Positions 1 to 12,790 of a stretch of DNA of 64,000 nt are shown in pieces. The position numbers were made by a program, and so were the translations under genes. Where the stretch lies: NCBI GenBank assembly GCA_048013815.1, contig CM106586.1:6572001-6636000 (forward strand). Direction: 5' to 3'. The DNA is from Setoptus koraiensis. Its lineage: Eukaryota; Animalia; Arthropoda. The first letter of the stretch is position 1, and each line of letters starts with the position of its first letter. A model generated the notes under the pieces. It searched no databases and was not told the DNA's origin. It was given only the letters and a program-made list of their open reading frames with translations.

Positions 1-1855
1 CCGGCACAAAGCTTTTCACTCCGACAGAGAGTTTAAGCCGATGACCACTGGCCGCATTTTGTGTTGGTCGTTGTACTCTTTCCTGTCCATCATTGTCCGA
101 TTCTCATTAGTTGATGCTGTTGTTGTTGTTGCTGCTGGCCTGCTGCTGAGCTGCAACAAAAGATAAGAGATAAGAATTGACGGCGAGAAACAGAATAGTC
201 AACTCGGCTCATACACCTGTGCTGTACACACACACACACACACATAATTCGGCAAGTGGCGTTTCTATGGTAGGCCAACCATTGCGCTGAACCATTTCTT
301 GTAACTTGTTGCTGTTGTTGTTACGCCATTGTGTGCCCATTGTTGCTGCGGCCGTCATTGCTACTGGGTGAAAACTCCATACTCTCTCATACTCCTCTCA
401 TGCTCTTAAATTCGGTCGAGCGTGAAACAACTATCCACTCGCTTTTGGATACTCAACTCATGTCTGAGATGTTTTAGATGCCACTTGAGACTCCAGTTGC
501 TGCCATCAAGATTGCCCATCTATCGCCAGCTCAGTTATAGCTGAATAGGTACACACTATTACCTGAGTAGTAAGTCGGTTGAACTCACTCGGCTCGAGTG
601 GCATCAAGGTGCTGCTCGTAATAGTATCTGTCCAGTGGTAGCAGCAATCGATTTAAGTCACTCTATGTGTGATAGCTTCGAGTTGGAGTTTTCCAAAGAG
701 ATTAGAGTCATTCCTGTGGCAGACGACATTATGAACTTGTTGCTGTTGTTGTTGCTGCTATTGCCGTTGCTGATAGTGGTGAGGCAATAATAAAGGAATT
801 GCCCATACAAGTTTGGGTTCACTTGAGTTGGCTGCTTCGGCGTGTTGTTGTTGTCGCTGCTGCTGCTGCATTCACACAAATACAAGGGTAACTCTTAACC
901 ATGCTTACATTTACCAACCACCATCGCCACTATTATGTAAGCATCATATAATATTATATAATAAGCCAAGCTGTTGCTGCTTGCTGCTGGTCAAGTTCAA
1001 GGCTATCAATCGGAGGTTCAACGACCATCAACACTATCCTCTGAGTGTGTGCTCATCTATGCTGAGTTGAACCCTGCGAGAATCTCAGCCACTACCTCCT
1101 GCATGATTGACTCTATGATGGTGGTGGCAATAAAGCATGTGTGTGTATGTGTTTGTAGCTCACCTAAAGAATCATCTTATTGAAAGTTGAACTCATGATT
1201 ATTTCGTCTTCATTCCTTTCAACATTTATCGTGCTGGTTGGCTGGCTAGTCGACTGATCGGATCGGATGGAATGGGATTAGATTGGAAAGCGAACGAAGC
1301 AAAGACAAGAGGAAGACGGGCTTCGTATCTCATCTTGAGTGCGTGTGTCTGCCAGTTCCATGTGTTTGAATATTCAAGCTAACATCTTGACCGAAAGACA
1401 CATAATCAAGTCACAATGTGTCCCATTTAGAGATCCTTGATCCATATGATGGACGCTACATGCATGCTGTGCATCCGTCAAAATGCTGATGAGCCTTTGA
1501 TGGATTGGCCGTTGCATAATTATCGGTGTGATCCCCTCATCATCGTATAGATTGATAGATGTCCATCATGACCAGCATCCCATGATGCCGATATTGCGTG
1601 TACGCTGGCCTTGTTTGTCTTGGCAATAATTATTCCTTCGTGTTGCATGATTACAGATCGATCGGCCCAGGTTCACATTGCTTAATATTTATTGTAGTCA
1701 GGTCCCGTGACATGTTTTACTCGCTACACTGGCTTTACTGTATAATTGTTTACCCTAGGCTGCTTAATTTTCTTCTTGATCAAAATGTATAAATAGTAAT
1801 ATTTCACTCTGATTGACTTGCAGTCATTATAGCTTGTGATGTGTGCACCTTCCAG

Positions 1856-1966
1856 ACAAGACCCTCACGGCCATGGCATAAAATGAGTGTATCGCCTCTT
1901 CCTGCATCTCCAAATAGCCCCTCACAGCCTCAGCTTCTAGATAATATTCTATTTGAGGGAATCTCG
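1856..1966 (+). CDS. Candidate upstream coding exon, possibly of the CrebA-like gene
   Basis: Acceptor ccttccag ends at 1855 and donor tcg|GTAAAT starts at 1967. The 111-nt frame is open (TRPSRPWHKMSVSPLPASPNSPSQPQLLDNILFEGIS; ATG at 1883). It is phase 0-0 while the next confirmed exon needs phase 1, so another exon would be needed. No homology recognised. Confidence 0.3.
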
Positions 1967-2230
1967 GTAAATTATTTTCAATCTGCTGGTCCAATATAAT
2001 ATATCGATGGGTTCATATAATATAATAAATTTAATAATTTATGTAATGTTGACAGAGAGCCTATCGGCGAGGGGTACCAAAATTTTCATAACACACAGTG
2101 GGTCTGCATGGGTTGTTGAATCGCCCATTACAGCTGTAGTTGGTCTGCGTATTTTACTTGTAAACAAAGCGAACGAATCTCGAGGAAAACCCGCAAGTGA
2201 TTAGCTTCGTGCTCACTGATGGGTCAGGTC

Positions 2231-2533
2231 AATCTCTCCCGCCCCGGGGAAGGGGAGAGATTCTCCCGGCGGATTTGTCCCAGGGAGTTACCACGCCCCT
2301 CAAATCTCCCGTTGCTGCGATATTGTACCGATGCACTCTGGACATTCTGTATGCGCCCGATGTGCCCTTGGCTGGGGATAGGCAAGCTCCCAAAAATCCT
2401 TCGCCCCAAAAACACCCTCAGACGCTTTTTTCCCCGCAAGGGGCGAGGATGCACGGATAAGCACAGGGTGTATCGATACATGTAAAAGTTGCAGCAAGCG
2501 GAGAAATTCGGGAGAGACAAGAGAAGCGGGAGA
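2231..2533. other. GC-rich fold-back element (nested inverted repeats)
   Basis: Perfect 10-bp stem 2231-2240/2253-2262. Imperfect ~40-nt arms 2301-2340/2464-2505. Inner arms 2396-2407/2440-2450. cccc-GCAA-gggg tetraloop hairpin at 2432-2443. Flanks are AT-rich. Confidence 0.5.
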
Positions 2534-2808
2534 CGGGGGAGCTCTCATTTCGAGGGAAAATTTCTCATAGGCGGCAAATCTGGCCCCGTCACTAGGCGCC
2601 TGGTCCATGTTGACCACGTTGAAAACTTCGGGAGCCTCAAATGTAAAAAAAAAAATCAAAATCAATGAGACCGATCGCAGCGAAAACATTTCAAGAGCAG
2701 CCTCTTGTTTTCGGGTTTGTCATCAGCTGACTAATTAACTGAATTTTTCCTTTTTCTTTTTCTGCCTCTATGTCTTAACCCGGCTCGCTCACAACTGTGA
2801 CTGTACAG

Positions 2809-3945
2809 AAGACCCACTTTCAACAGGTGGCCCCACAACTACTACTTCTACTACTACCACCACTACTACCGCCACCACAACAGGTGGCCCCTCAGCGGCC
2901 TCGGCTACACTCAAGCTAAATGGACACAATGGACTGTCACCAATCTCTAGCACCAATCTCAAGAGGATACAATGCCAGTCGTCGGCTTTAAAGAATGTCA
3001 CATTGACCGCCTTGCTTAACAGCACAAGCAAACATCATTTGGACACAATCAGCTCGTCTAGTTCTTCTACATCCGCATCTCCGGCAACAACAACGTTAGC
3101 TTCCTCGTTGCCCAATAACGGTGCTCTATCTCTGTCTACGTTGAATGCATCGTCGTCGTCTAACAACATAAATCAAAATGGAAAAAATGTGCCCTTATCC
3201 GTTGACGATGGCACCACCAGCGATAGTAACAATGTTGCAAGCAATAATAATAAAAACAAAAACAATGGAGATAACAAATTGTCCAATGGAATGTTGCTGT
3301 TGTCGTCTAGCGATTCATCAACACCAGCAACAGCAACAACAGCAACAACAACGGCAGCATCCGCAACAACCATCTCTGGAGGACAGATGTCGCTATCAGC
3401 ATTGATTGCGTCATCTAGTTCACTCACTGGAAGTCATCCTCATTTAAATCACCAACTCAATTTTCAGTCAGGGGCCTCGTCCTCCTCTTCTCAGTCTCAC
3501 CTAGTGAATAATAATGGTACTAAGACCACTTTGCAGCAAAAAAAAGCATTAACTCCACTGTCATCATGTTTAATAATGGGCACCACAAACAATGGCAACG
3601 GTGGACAACTACACTCATTGGCCAAACATAACGGCCAAAATCTCCTATCAGCAGCGACAGTTGCAAACTCAACCACCGGAAGGGTCCTACAATCGGGCAC
3701 CAGTACAATTGGTGGCGGACAAAGCGCCAACGCAAACAAGGCGACCGCTCTTATCAACAATGGAGGTTCCACTCAACTTATAACCTCTTCGTCTTCGTCA
3801 TCTTCGTCTTCATCGTCCACATCGTCACAATCGTCGAGTTCACCTTCGTCTGTGTCATTGATATCTAATCAAGATTGGAAGAGCGCCCAAAGTGGCCAAA
3901 TTGTGATGCTCACCGAAGAGGAGAAGCGCACACTGATTGCTGAAG
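2809..3945 (+). CDS. CrebA: CrebA/CREB3L-type bZIP transcription factor, internal exon (S/T/N-rich region plus start of the ATB motif)
   Basis: Pyrimidine tract and gtacag acceptor at 2808. The frame is open from 2809 through the track ORF 3003..3950 and ends VMLTEEEKRTLIAE G|GTTAGT (donor at 3946). It splices in frame to the bZIP exon. Confidence 0.85.
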
Positions 3946-4111
3946 GTTAGTTGATACACTTGAAATATATGCCAAGCACATATGTATCATTTTACACAAA
4001 TTCATTTTGACTTTTATGGGTCTCAGTACGGGTCTAGTTAGTTTAAACAAAATAATTGATTCTCATTTGCTCTCTCTCTCTTCCCGCTCTTGTGATTCTT
4101 ACAAAATGCAG

Positions 4112-5028
4112 GCTACCCCATACCTCAGCGATTTCCTTTGACCAAAGCAGAGGAGCGAAGCTTGAAAAAGATCAGACGAAAAATAAAGAACAAAATCTCT
4201 GCTCAGGAGTCTAGGCGAAAAAAGAAAGAGTATATGGAAGAGTTAGAGAAGCGTGTCCAAATGATGGAGCAAAGAATTATGGATCTTGAAAGAGAAAATT
4301 TTAATCTCAAGCAAACAATTATCTCATCAGCGTCAACTGGAAGCAATTATGACAGCGGAAACAACAACAACAGCAATGGCGCTGGCATCACTACTCAACG
4401 ACGTGCAAATGATGCTCTGATTGAAAGCATCTTATTAAATCATCATCAACAGATACGATCTACCATGGATAGTCCATCTACTTCAAATACGCTGACTAGT
4501 GTCAATGGCAAAGGCGAGATGGCGCATAATGATGATGACGACGACGATGATGACGACGACGACGATAGTGATGAAGATATGAATGATGATGACCAAAAAC
4601 AACCACAACAGCAGATGTGTAAGGTTGCTCAAGAAGGTGATGAAAAGTTTGATAAATTAAGGCAACAAGCCCTGAAGGGTAGCGACGGTGACACAAACAA
4701 GGACGATAAGGAGCCAGCGGATTCAAGATCGAACAAAAGTAGCGAGAAGGAATCGGAACAATGTTCGGCTTCGAATATCACCGACCACAACAACAACGGC
4801 AACAACAACAACAACAACAACAAGTCAATGGAGGCCGTGGAAAGCTCTAGTGTAGTAAGCTCGGTGGAAAGTGCAATACAATTTAAACCGGAACAGATTG
4901 AATCGTTTGATCGTAATCAGAAGAATGACGTCGAAGCGTCGTCGACATGTATAGATAACGGCACTAACGAGGATTTAATCGTTGGTAGTTCGTCGAAAAA
5001 GATCAAATTGGAGGTTACCTCGACATAG
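4112..5028 (+). CDS. CrebA: CrebA/CREB3L-type bZIP transcription factor, last exon (basic region, leucine zipper, acidic/N-rich tail)
   Basis: The tgcag acceptor at 4111 (166-nt intron) gives [61 protein letters not shown], the ATB+bZIP signature of CREB3L1/L2/CrebA. Stop TAG at 5026-5028. No transmembrane segment, as in Drosophila CrebA. Confidence 0.95.
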
Positions 5029-5227
5029 ATTGAAAAGAAACTTTTTTACTATCCATTAAGCACAGACATACCAACCAAAAAGAAATGATTTTTATTACTA
5101 TTATTATTTATAACCATTTAAATATATCTCTCGAAGTTCCGCAACAGTCTATGTTCGGTCATTCGCTAAACTTGGTTGCTAAAGTTGATTGCTCGTACCT
5201 AGTGCACTTAGCCAGTGCCGTATTACA

Positions 5228-5233
5228 AATAAA
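5228..5233 (+). terminator. Candidate polyadenylation signal for CrebA
   Basis: AATAAA 200 nt after the stop; a second one at 5734-5739. Confidence 0.35.
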
Positions 5234-6247
5234 GACTCATATATTAATAGACACTACCCAGCATTTGTTTGTCTGTTGTTTGATGGTTTGACCAAATTTT
5301 ATTGATTGGTGATGGCTCGTCGTTTTGTTGTATCCGGTTGTTTTTACCTGAAACTAACAATATCTAGCCCCGTCCGCAACCCAACCAACATGGACCAGCA
5401 CGAGTATCCACACGAGGATCTTGTTAACCAGGGCAATTACTTAGGTTGTCATTGGGATATTCACACGAAAATATATATAACTTCATGTAATAGAGATGTT
5501 TGCATTTAACTAGTTAGCTGGTTGCTTTATTTATATATTAATACATATGTACATATAGCTAGTTTAATGTCTACTTTTTGTCTACATTTTACGCACAAGC
5601 AGCAAGCAGACAGGCAAACAAGCAAGCAAGCCTATATCACACGTCGACAATATGATTAGCTTAAATGAAAAATAGAGAATTTCTTGCAAACAAGCGTGAA
5701 ATGGATTCTTAGTAGTAGTAGTAGTACATCCATAATAAACTATTCGTCAAGACGCTATTTTAGAAATTGTTCCTTGATGCTTGTTGCTTGTTGTCTATGT
5801 CGTTGTCTATGTTGTTGTCACTGTCGCTGTCGTTGTCGCTGTCGTTGTTGCTGTCGTTGCTGTTGTTCTCATGTGATTTATCATGGAACATGGACGCACA
5901 ACAATCAGCTGCAGCAGCAACAACAACAGCAACAACAACAACAACGGCAACTATCGAGTAAGGTATGCGATAGAAATAATGAGTCATCTCTTATTCTTTC
6001 GCCCTTGTGTTCGCGCATAGAAACAGAACATTTTTCACCATGGCCATAGCCATACAAACAACAACACCACACGACCCAGACTAGCTACAGCTAAATTATC
6101 GGAGCTATGTGCCTAGCTTGCGGCATCAATGTGTTAATATTTACTCGCTGGCGAGGCGCCATATTTGGCTATGACAGTTGCGTTTGCGCTTGCGCCTCTA
6201 TGTTACAATTTTCAATCTTGTGAATGAATTAGCATACCAATCCTCTA

Positions 6248-6250
<3 letters not shown>

Positions 6251-6278
<28 letters not shown>
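6251..6278. repeat. (TC)n microsatellite
   Basis: About 14 uninterrupted TC units. Confidence 0.95.
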
Positions 6279-6282
<4 letters not shown>

Positions 6283-6738
6283 TGTCTCTGTCTCCCTCAT
6301 CATCTATATAATGCCTCATCATTCTAATCCATCAGTATGAATTGAATCGGCGAGCTAGCTGCGTTGTATCATTTTGTTGTTGTTCAACAGCAACAGCGGC
6401 GCCACTATGTAACTGTTGGTACGATTCACTGACTTTTTCCATGCTATCTCTCTATTTCTCTATGTTAGTGTCGTTTGGGTTCCATTTTATGCGAGTGTAC
6501 AGGGTCATCAATTTCCGCGTTTCGTACCATTGGCAACATTGGCCAATGCCTAATCTCAGCACTAATGTATTTCTTTGATGTGATGCTGTTGTCGTCGTCG
6601 TAGTTGTTGTTGTCTGTATACGTCTGAATATAATAAATATATGTGTATATGCGAGTGCACATGCCAAATAGCTATGTCTAGCTACAGCACCAACAACGAC
6701 AGCGCCGGTCGTGCTTAGTTAGAATAATTAAATAGTAG

Positions 6739-6774
6739 TTATAGACACACACATATATGTGTTTGTGTCTATAA
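6739..6774. repeat. Near-perfect palindrome
   Basis: ttatagacaca / tgtgtctataa arms around the palindrome cacatatatgtg, with a 2-nt bulge. Confidence 0.85.
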
Positions 6775-6938
6775 ATGTGTGTGTCGAATTGTTCTATCGA
6801 TCGAATTATGTAAGAAGTGTGAAGAAATTGCTTCAATTCGAGTTCCACGACTGCTAATAACTTTACTACCTATACCACTCTATAGACTCTGATGAACCGT
6901 GGCGCCCTCCGTTGTCCAATGACAGTATCACAACGGAT

Positions 6939-6973
6939 CACACACACACGCACACACACACACACACACACAC
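6939..6973. repeat. (CA)n microsatellite
   Basis: CA run with one CG interruption. Confidence 0.9.
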
Positions 6974-7020
6974 TCATACTAATTGACCCCATCTCAAGCA
7001 GTCTTGTGAGCAGTGACTAA

Positions 7021-7054
7021 AGCGACTGAAGCGACTATAGCGACTTTCGCGACT
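7021..7054. repeat. 9-nt tandem repeat, core AGCGAC
   Basis: agcgactga agcgactat agcgacttt cgcgact. Confidence 0.75.
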
Positions 7055-7645
7055 TGCTATCTGTTAATTTGTTAACCGATACTCAACCAATATTCTGCTC
7101 GTGCCACACACATGACAAATCTACATGCACTTCTAGCACTGATAATTATTATCTAGTTAATTATTTTTGTTTCTAGTGATCATTTTGCGAGAAGAACTGT
7201 TTTCATTCAAAGGTCTAATATACAATCTATATTTATATTGGCAACGATTAAGATAACAACATCATCGCCAGCACCAACAACAACAACAGCGGTCCCAACA
7301 GTGCTACAGCAGCAGCAACAACTACACCGGCATCTCGACAGCAGTACAACAAATAATAATAATAATAACAACATCATCAGCTACACCGTCCAAGCGAACT
7401 GCTATAACAACAGTTAGACAGTGCCAGAAGCAAAAAGCAAACACCACCATCAATATCCATCAAGCTCTAATCAACCGTTGCCAGAGACACTATCACACAT
7501 GACTAGCTAATTGCCGCTTCTTGATCTGTCTACACAAGCACACACCGGTGCATGCCATTATTGATTGTCATTGATTATTTAGATCATCATAATAATAATA
7601 ACAATTAATAATAGAAGGCCCGCTTGCTAATCAGTATTTACAGAT

Positions 7646-8081
7646 ATGAGTGAACCTGTAGGCCGTCGAAAATTGTCTAATAAACGACCTCAAAATGATG
7701 ATGTCGACGCACGAAAGCATTCCAAAATTTCTGGAAGGCATCCAACTCCAGGTAGCGGTGCTGATACTGATACAGATGATAGAAATCTGGCGCCAACATT
7801 CATAATAAAGCCACGTTTCATCGAGGAAGACGACGGCAATCGGCTTGTTTTCATTTGTCGCTTGTTCGCACAACCACAACCAGATGTTGGCTGGTATATG
7901 AATGATTGTCGTATATTGCCAGATTCAAGAACTGAAATCAACATTAAACAAATAGACGATAATATTTACGCTTGCGAGCTACGTCTTGATGATGTGATAG
8001 ATTCCGATGCCGGCTGTTATAAATTAAAGGCCAAGAATATCCACGGTGAGGTGTCCTCATCGATCAATTTTGATTTTATAA
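7646..8081 (+). CDS. bt: Twitchin/projectin coding exon 1 (Ig1)
   Basis: ATG at 7646 just after a tttacag acceptor (7643). Encodes APTFIIKPRFIEEDDGNRLVFICR...DAGCYKLKAKNIHGEVSSSINFDF, matching projectin Ig1. Donor a|GTAAGT at 8082 (phase 1). Confidence 0.85.
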
Positions 8082-9052
8082 GTAAGTTCTTTGCTAAGAG
8101 CGAACGATGCGTGCCTTCTCACGTGTCAGCATGTAAATGGAATGCATGGACCTGCCACCAATAATAGTTACAATTGGTCATGGTTAATGTGTAGTTGTGA
8201 TGATGTAATAATTAGAGAGTAAAATTAATAACTGTTATTGATAGGCAACGTTCGTTGTAGCAGTGTTACTTTTTGGCCCATCAATTCTTTGACTTACTAA
8301 TGCGCTACTGGCAATTCAATACAACCAGCACTATTAACAATAATACTATATATTATATACTTTATACTAAACATTATGTAACTTATTATGTGATGTAATC
8401 AACAAGTTAATTGTTGCCATATGCTCTTGTTATGTGCGCGGTAATGGCTTTAGTGAGTCGCGCAATTTGACTTATTTCAATTAGAACATCACTAATTAGA
8501 TTGCTTCTGCTATTATATGACTTTCGTATTTGCTAATCTTTATTAATCTATTCTCAACAACAATATTAATCTGTTTCATCCACACACCCACGCACACACA
8601 CACGCACGCACTCACTTCTTCACATGTGAACAAATGTCGCTATGTGCTCACGCAGAAAGGAATATTCCTAGGCAAACGTAAGTTTCTGAAACAATTCGCA
8701 TGGCATATTCTCTCATCTCATCTCTATATACGAATATGCGAATCCGCGCGCCATCTTATTTGTTAGCGCCAGAACACAGAAACTATTTATACATATAAAT
8801 ATATGTATATATAGTACTGGACTAGACATGATTAATATCAGAGGAGAAGTGTTCAACTTTGTCTAGTTGGCGTCACTGGCGAGGACGAGAGCTAGCGAAC
8901 GAGACCTATCAAATGGTGCGCCAAGATCAATCTTATTAATCTCTTGGCCGCTGTATTGAGTATCCATATCGCACCACTGTGCTAGTATAGTTGTAATATT
9001 CTCTTTATTTGTGTATGTTCCTCCTCTGCTCCAGATTTCTCTTTGGTCTCTA

Positions 9053-9170
<118 letters not shown>

Positions 9171-11549
9171 AATACTTCTTTAGCAGAGTTGCTATTACCT
9201 ATTATCAACAAGATGTGTGAGATTTAATATATGGAGTGGCTCGTTTGTCGTCGCGCGTTTATAATCAACATACTCACAAATGCACTTGACTCATTTGACT
9301 ATTTGATTAGAGACGCTTGCAGCGCTCTGCGGCGGAATCAGCGCAAATACCTAGACATTTACAACAAGTATAATTATTAACTATCGTAAAGTGTATGTAA
9401 TAGAGAAGAAGGCTTCGTTTTTCTTTTCTCGGCTAATGATGCCCCATAAATTATGTGCTGACTGTGTAGACAGATGATGCCACAATGGAGCGACAATCGA
9501 GGGCGTTAGCATCTAGAGCAGTTGCGCATGAGATTGTGTTTGTGTGCTGTTTATTTAGCAAATAGTTCTCAATGATTATCCGATTATTCGACATGGAGAC
9601 TTTCATTATGCTAAATAATAATAGTAATAATAAATAATTTGCGTTGTTGCCCTAAAAGAAAGACACTGCTGTGTGTTTCTGTCTGTTGTGAAATTTGATA
9701 TTCGATTCGAGAGCATATCAACAACAACAACAATGATGACGATAATGATTCATAGATGGCTAGACTAAATTTGTTTGCTTCGTCTCTACCGAGGCACAAC
9801 ATGACAGACCGAGTTGCATGAAGGACGATGAAAGCCCAATCAAATTTATATCGACACTAGCAAACAACAATTGAATAATAACAACAACAGTGCAAGAGAG
9901 ATAAGCCAACAAGCCGCGCGCGGAGCCAGACGCAATCAGCAGCGTCTCACTAATGCAAGCCTGGCATCTACCTATGCAATAATTTAAGGTCGGCCCTCGA
10001 GACATTCAAACAAAAAGAGGTCTCTATCAAGTTTGATGCGATTGATGTCCATTGGATTATCATAACATGTCGAGCGTTTTCATAATATAATTCTACTTTA
10101 CAGCCGTCTAGCTAATGCACTGGTGGCGGCAGTAGAGAAATAGAGTAAAGAATGATGACAATTTAAACTCTGGGGCGTGATCTTGTGTTCGTAGACACAG
10201 AGAGAATGTGTGTTCCATATCAACAGATTTGTTACACTTTCATTTTCATCCATCCATCTCAATTTTCTTACATTGATGTTCTTTTGCATGTTATGTTTCT
10301 AATAGTCTGGAATGGAGGTTACTATCACTGCTATTACTTTACATACAATAATAATAATAGTAATAATAATAATAATAGTGATAGCAGTAATACTAATAGC
10401 GATAATAGTAATACTGGTGCTGCAATAGATACGTAGCTCTCTATCGTATTCCTAAAACTCACCAGAGTACCGTCGCCGAGCTCAGGCTCATACTGACGCT
10501 TCTTCTGAGGCACAAAAATATCGTGCAGAAAAAGAGATGAAACCGCTGTCTCTTTTGGCTTGTTTACTCTCAATATATAAGATCTCATATAATACTATAC
10601 TATACTATCTATGAACTCATGTCTTAGTCTTCCGTTTCAGAGAAGCCGGGGCCGCCTAGCGCTGTTCAAATGGTTTTTGGGCTTGACTATACACACATAC
10701 ACTTATTTACACACGCTCTCTGTCACCTATCATGCTTATGCTAATATACCACTCGAGCTGGCTAGAGATAGAGAGAAAGGGCCTTCAAGAAGAGCCATCA
10801 TGCGCCATATTTGGCCATGACTGTCATAGAGAGAAGAATAAAACACTGTAAGTTTGTTGTTGTTGCTGCTGCTGGTGTTGTTAACGTTGTTGTTGTTGCT
10901 GTTGTTGTTGTTGCCTCTGCAGCTGTTGAATGTTGTTGCGCAAGAGAGAAATTCCTCTTCAATGACTGAGCCTGCTAGAACTGTGTCAAATACCACTTCG
11001 TTGTTCGTGCCCCCACGGGTCTGCTGCCATCGAAGCTTCTTCGTCTAGCCTAATGCGTTCGTTCATAGTGAGAGAGAGTTGCGGCTTGCGATAGAGAGGG
11101 CTCTTGGACTAGCCGTGTGTGTGTGTGTGTGTGTGTGTCAGAACAACTATGCAATGTCGCTGGCTTGGTGCAATACTAGTCGATTATGAGAGAAAAGAAC
11201 TGACGTTGTTGTTGTTGCTGCGAAGGAACAAGTGCACACTGTTGCATGGAATCTAGCGCATCATTGCTCGCGCGTTCCTATGTAATGTACTCAGCGTATA
11301 CAACTTACAATATGGACCTCTCTTTATCTCTTTACAAGTTCCTCATTTATCCACTCTGCTAATTCTACTAATTTTGCTGCCGCTGTTGTTGTTGGTTACT
11401 GTTGATGTTGATGCTTCTGCTACTACTATCACTACTGCCGCTGCTGCTGCTACTTTTAATGGCGGTATTGCATGACAATTATTTATAATTCACTATTCTA
11501 TTCAGATATATAGTAGTAATAGGAGTGATGGATTCTATTATATGGTATC

Positions 11550-11576
11550 CATCATCATCATCATCATCATCATCAT
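11550..11576. repeat. (CAT)n microsatellite
   Basis: Run of CAT units in intron 1. Confidence 0.9.
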
Positions 11577-11899
11577 TATCATCATCACCATCGCCATCAT
11601 AATCATAATCGTAATCTCAATTTGTTGCTGACCAATTTATTGAATTAGATAAGAAACAATAACAACAACAACAACAAAATTACGCGCAACTTATATATGT
11701 ACTATATACTCAAGCAATTGTTTGATTTGTTATTAAGATTAGTATAATACGATTAGTAGAGAGTTATACAATCAAAAGCAAGAAAGATAAGAGAAAAGAA
11801 TTATTATAATTATTGTTATTATTATAACTATTACTATTTTCGTTTAATCTAGTTATTATACATCATTCAAATAAATCATGTCATGGTTGCCTTCATCAG

Positions 11900-12168
11900 C
11901 ATCAACCACTCGACGACCTCTATCTAATTTGAATAATAGTGACCAATCCAATGCTAATAACCAATCATCATCATTATCATCATCATCATCTCAATCACAA
12001 AATAGGCAGATTGATGGAATCGCTCCAACTTTCCAAAAGAAACCATCCATTCTTCAAGAGGATGATGGACGTCGGCTTATATTCGAGTGTAGGATATTGG
12101 CCGATCCGCAGCCTATAGTCAAATGGCATCACAACGGTCAGCCTCTACCGTCAGCTCCTCGTTACAAG
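11900..12168 (+). CDS. bt: Twitchin/projectin coding exon 2 (linker plus first half of Ig2)
   Basis: cttcatcag acceptor at 11899 is the phase-1-compatible AG. Encodes QIDGIAPTFQKKPSILQEDDGRRLIFECRILADPQP. Donor aag|GTAAGC at 12169 (phase 0). The 5' boundary is less certain than the 3' boundary. Confidence 0.85.
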
Positions 12169-12790
12169 GTAAGCAACAATTTGTCTTCATTATTTTTTTT
12201 TCTTTTCGCTTTAAATTTAGCGCCCTTTTGTGTTCGTTTTCTTGTTTTTTAAGAGCCTTTGTTTTATAGGCCAGCGAGCGTAATTAGTTGGCGCCCTTTT
12301 TTGTTTCTCTCTAATCACGTTGTGACACATTGCACATCTATTGTTGCATGCAGCTAGCAGTTCTATAATGCATGCTCACAATACGGTATGGTGTATGCGT
12401 ATCAGCCACTCTCTAGCAGCTTCAGCTGGGCGACAACAACAATGTAACAGCGAGCACGTGCGCGCAACACAATGCATCCTGTGTGTGTAAAAATGGCTGG
12501 CCATTTCGCTTGGCACAAATCGAACTTTTTGCAACCGATCAACAAGTGCCCGTTGTCTGGTCCAGTTTCGCCCCCAAGCTGGTGGCGAATGTCAATTTAT
12601 TCGATTTGTAAATTTATTCGATTTGTAGATTTATTCGATTTTGTCGAACGTATGTTAATGTAACAGCTATGGCACGTCTCAAGTAGCGCACCTAGTTAAT
12701 CAAAAGATATCCTATTGGATTTTTTTCTCATTTGCAACCACCGAATACCCATCATTATCATCACGCCATCACCGCTATTATTACCGCTAG

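Noticed and set aside
1-1800. Coding gene in the first 1.8 kb
   Set aside because: Splice-like signals occur on both strands (e.g. ATG 901 with donor 937), but there is no coherent frame or recognisable product.
2180-2720. RNase P/MRP, SRP RNA or tRNA-derived SINE
   Set aside because: GAGGAAAACCCG and TCAGAC resemble P4 halves but lack matching partners with CR-V consensus. No SRP helix-8 motif and no convincing A/B boxes.
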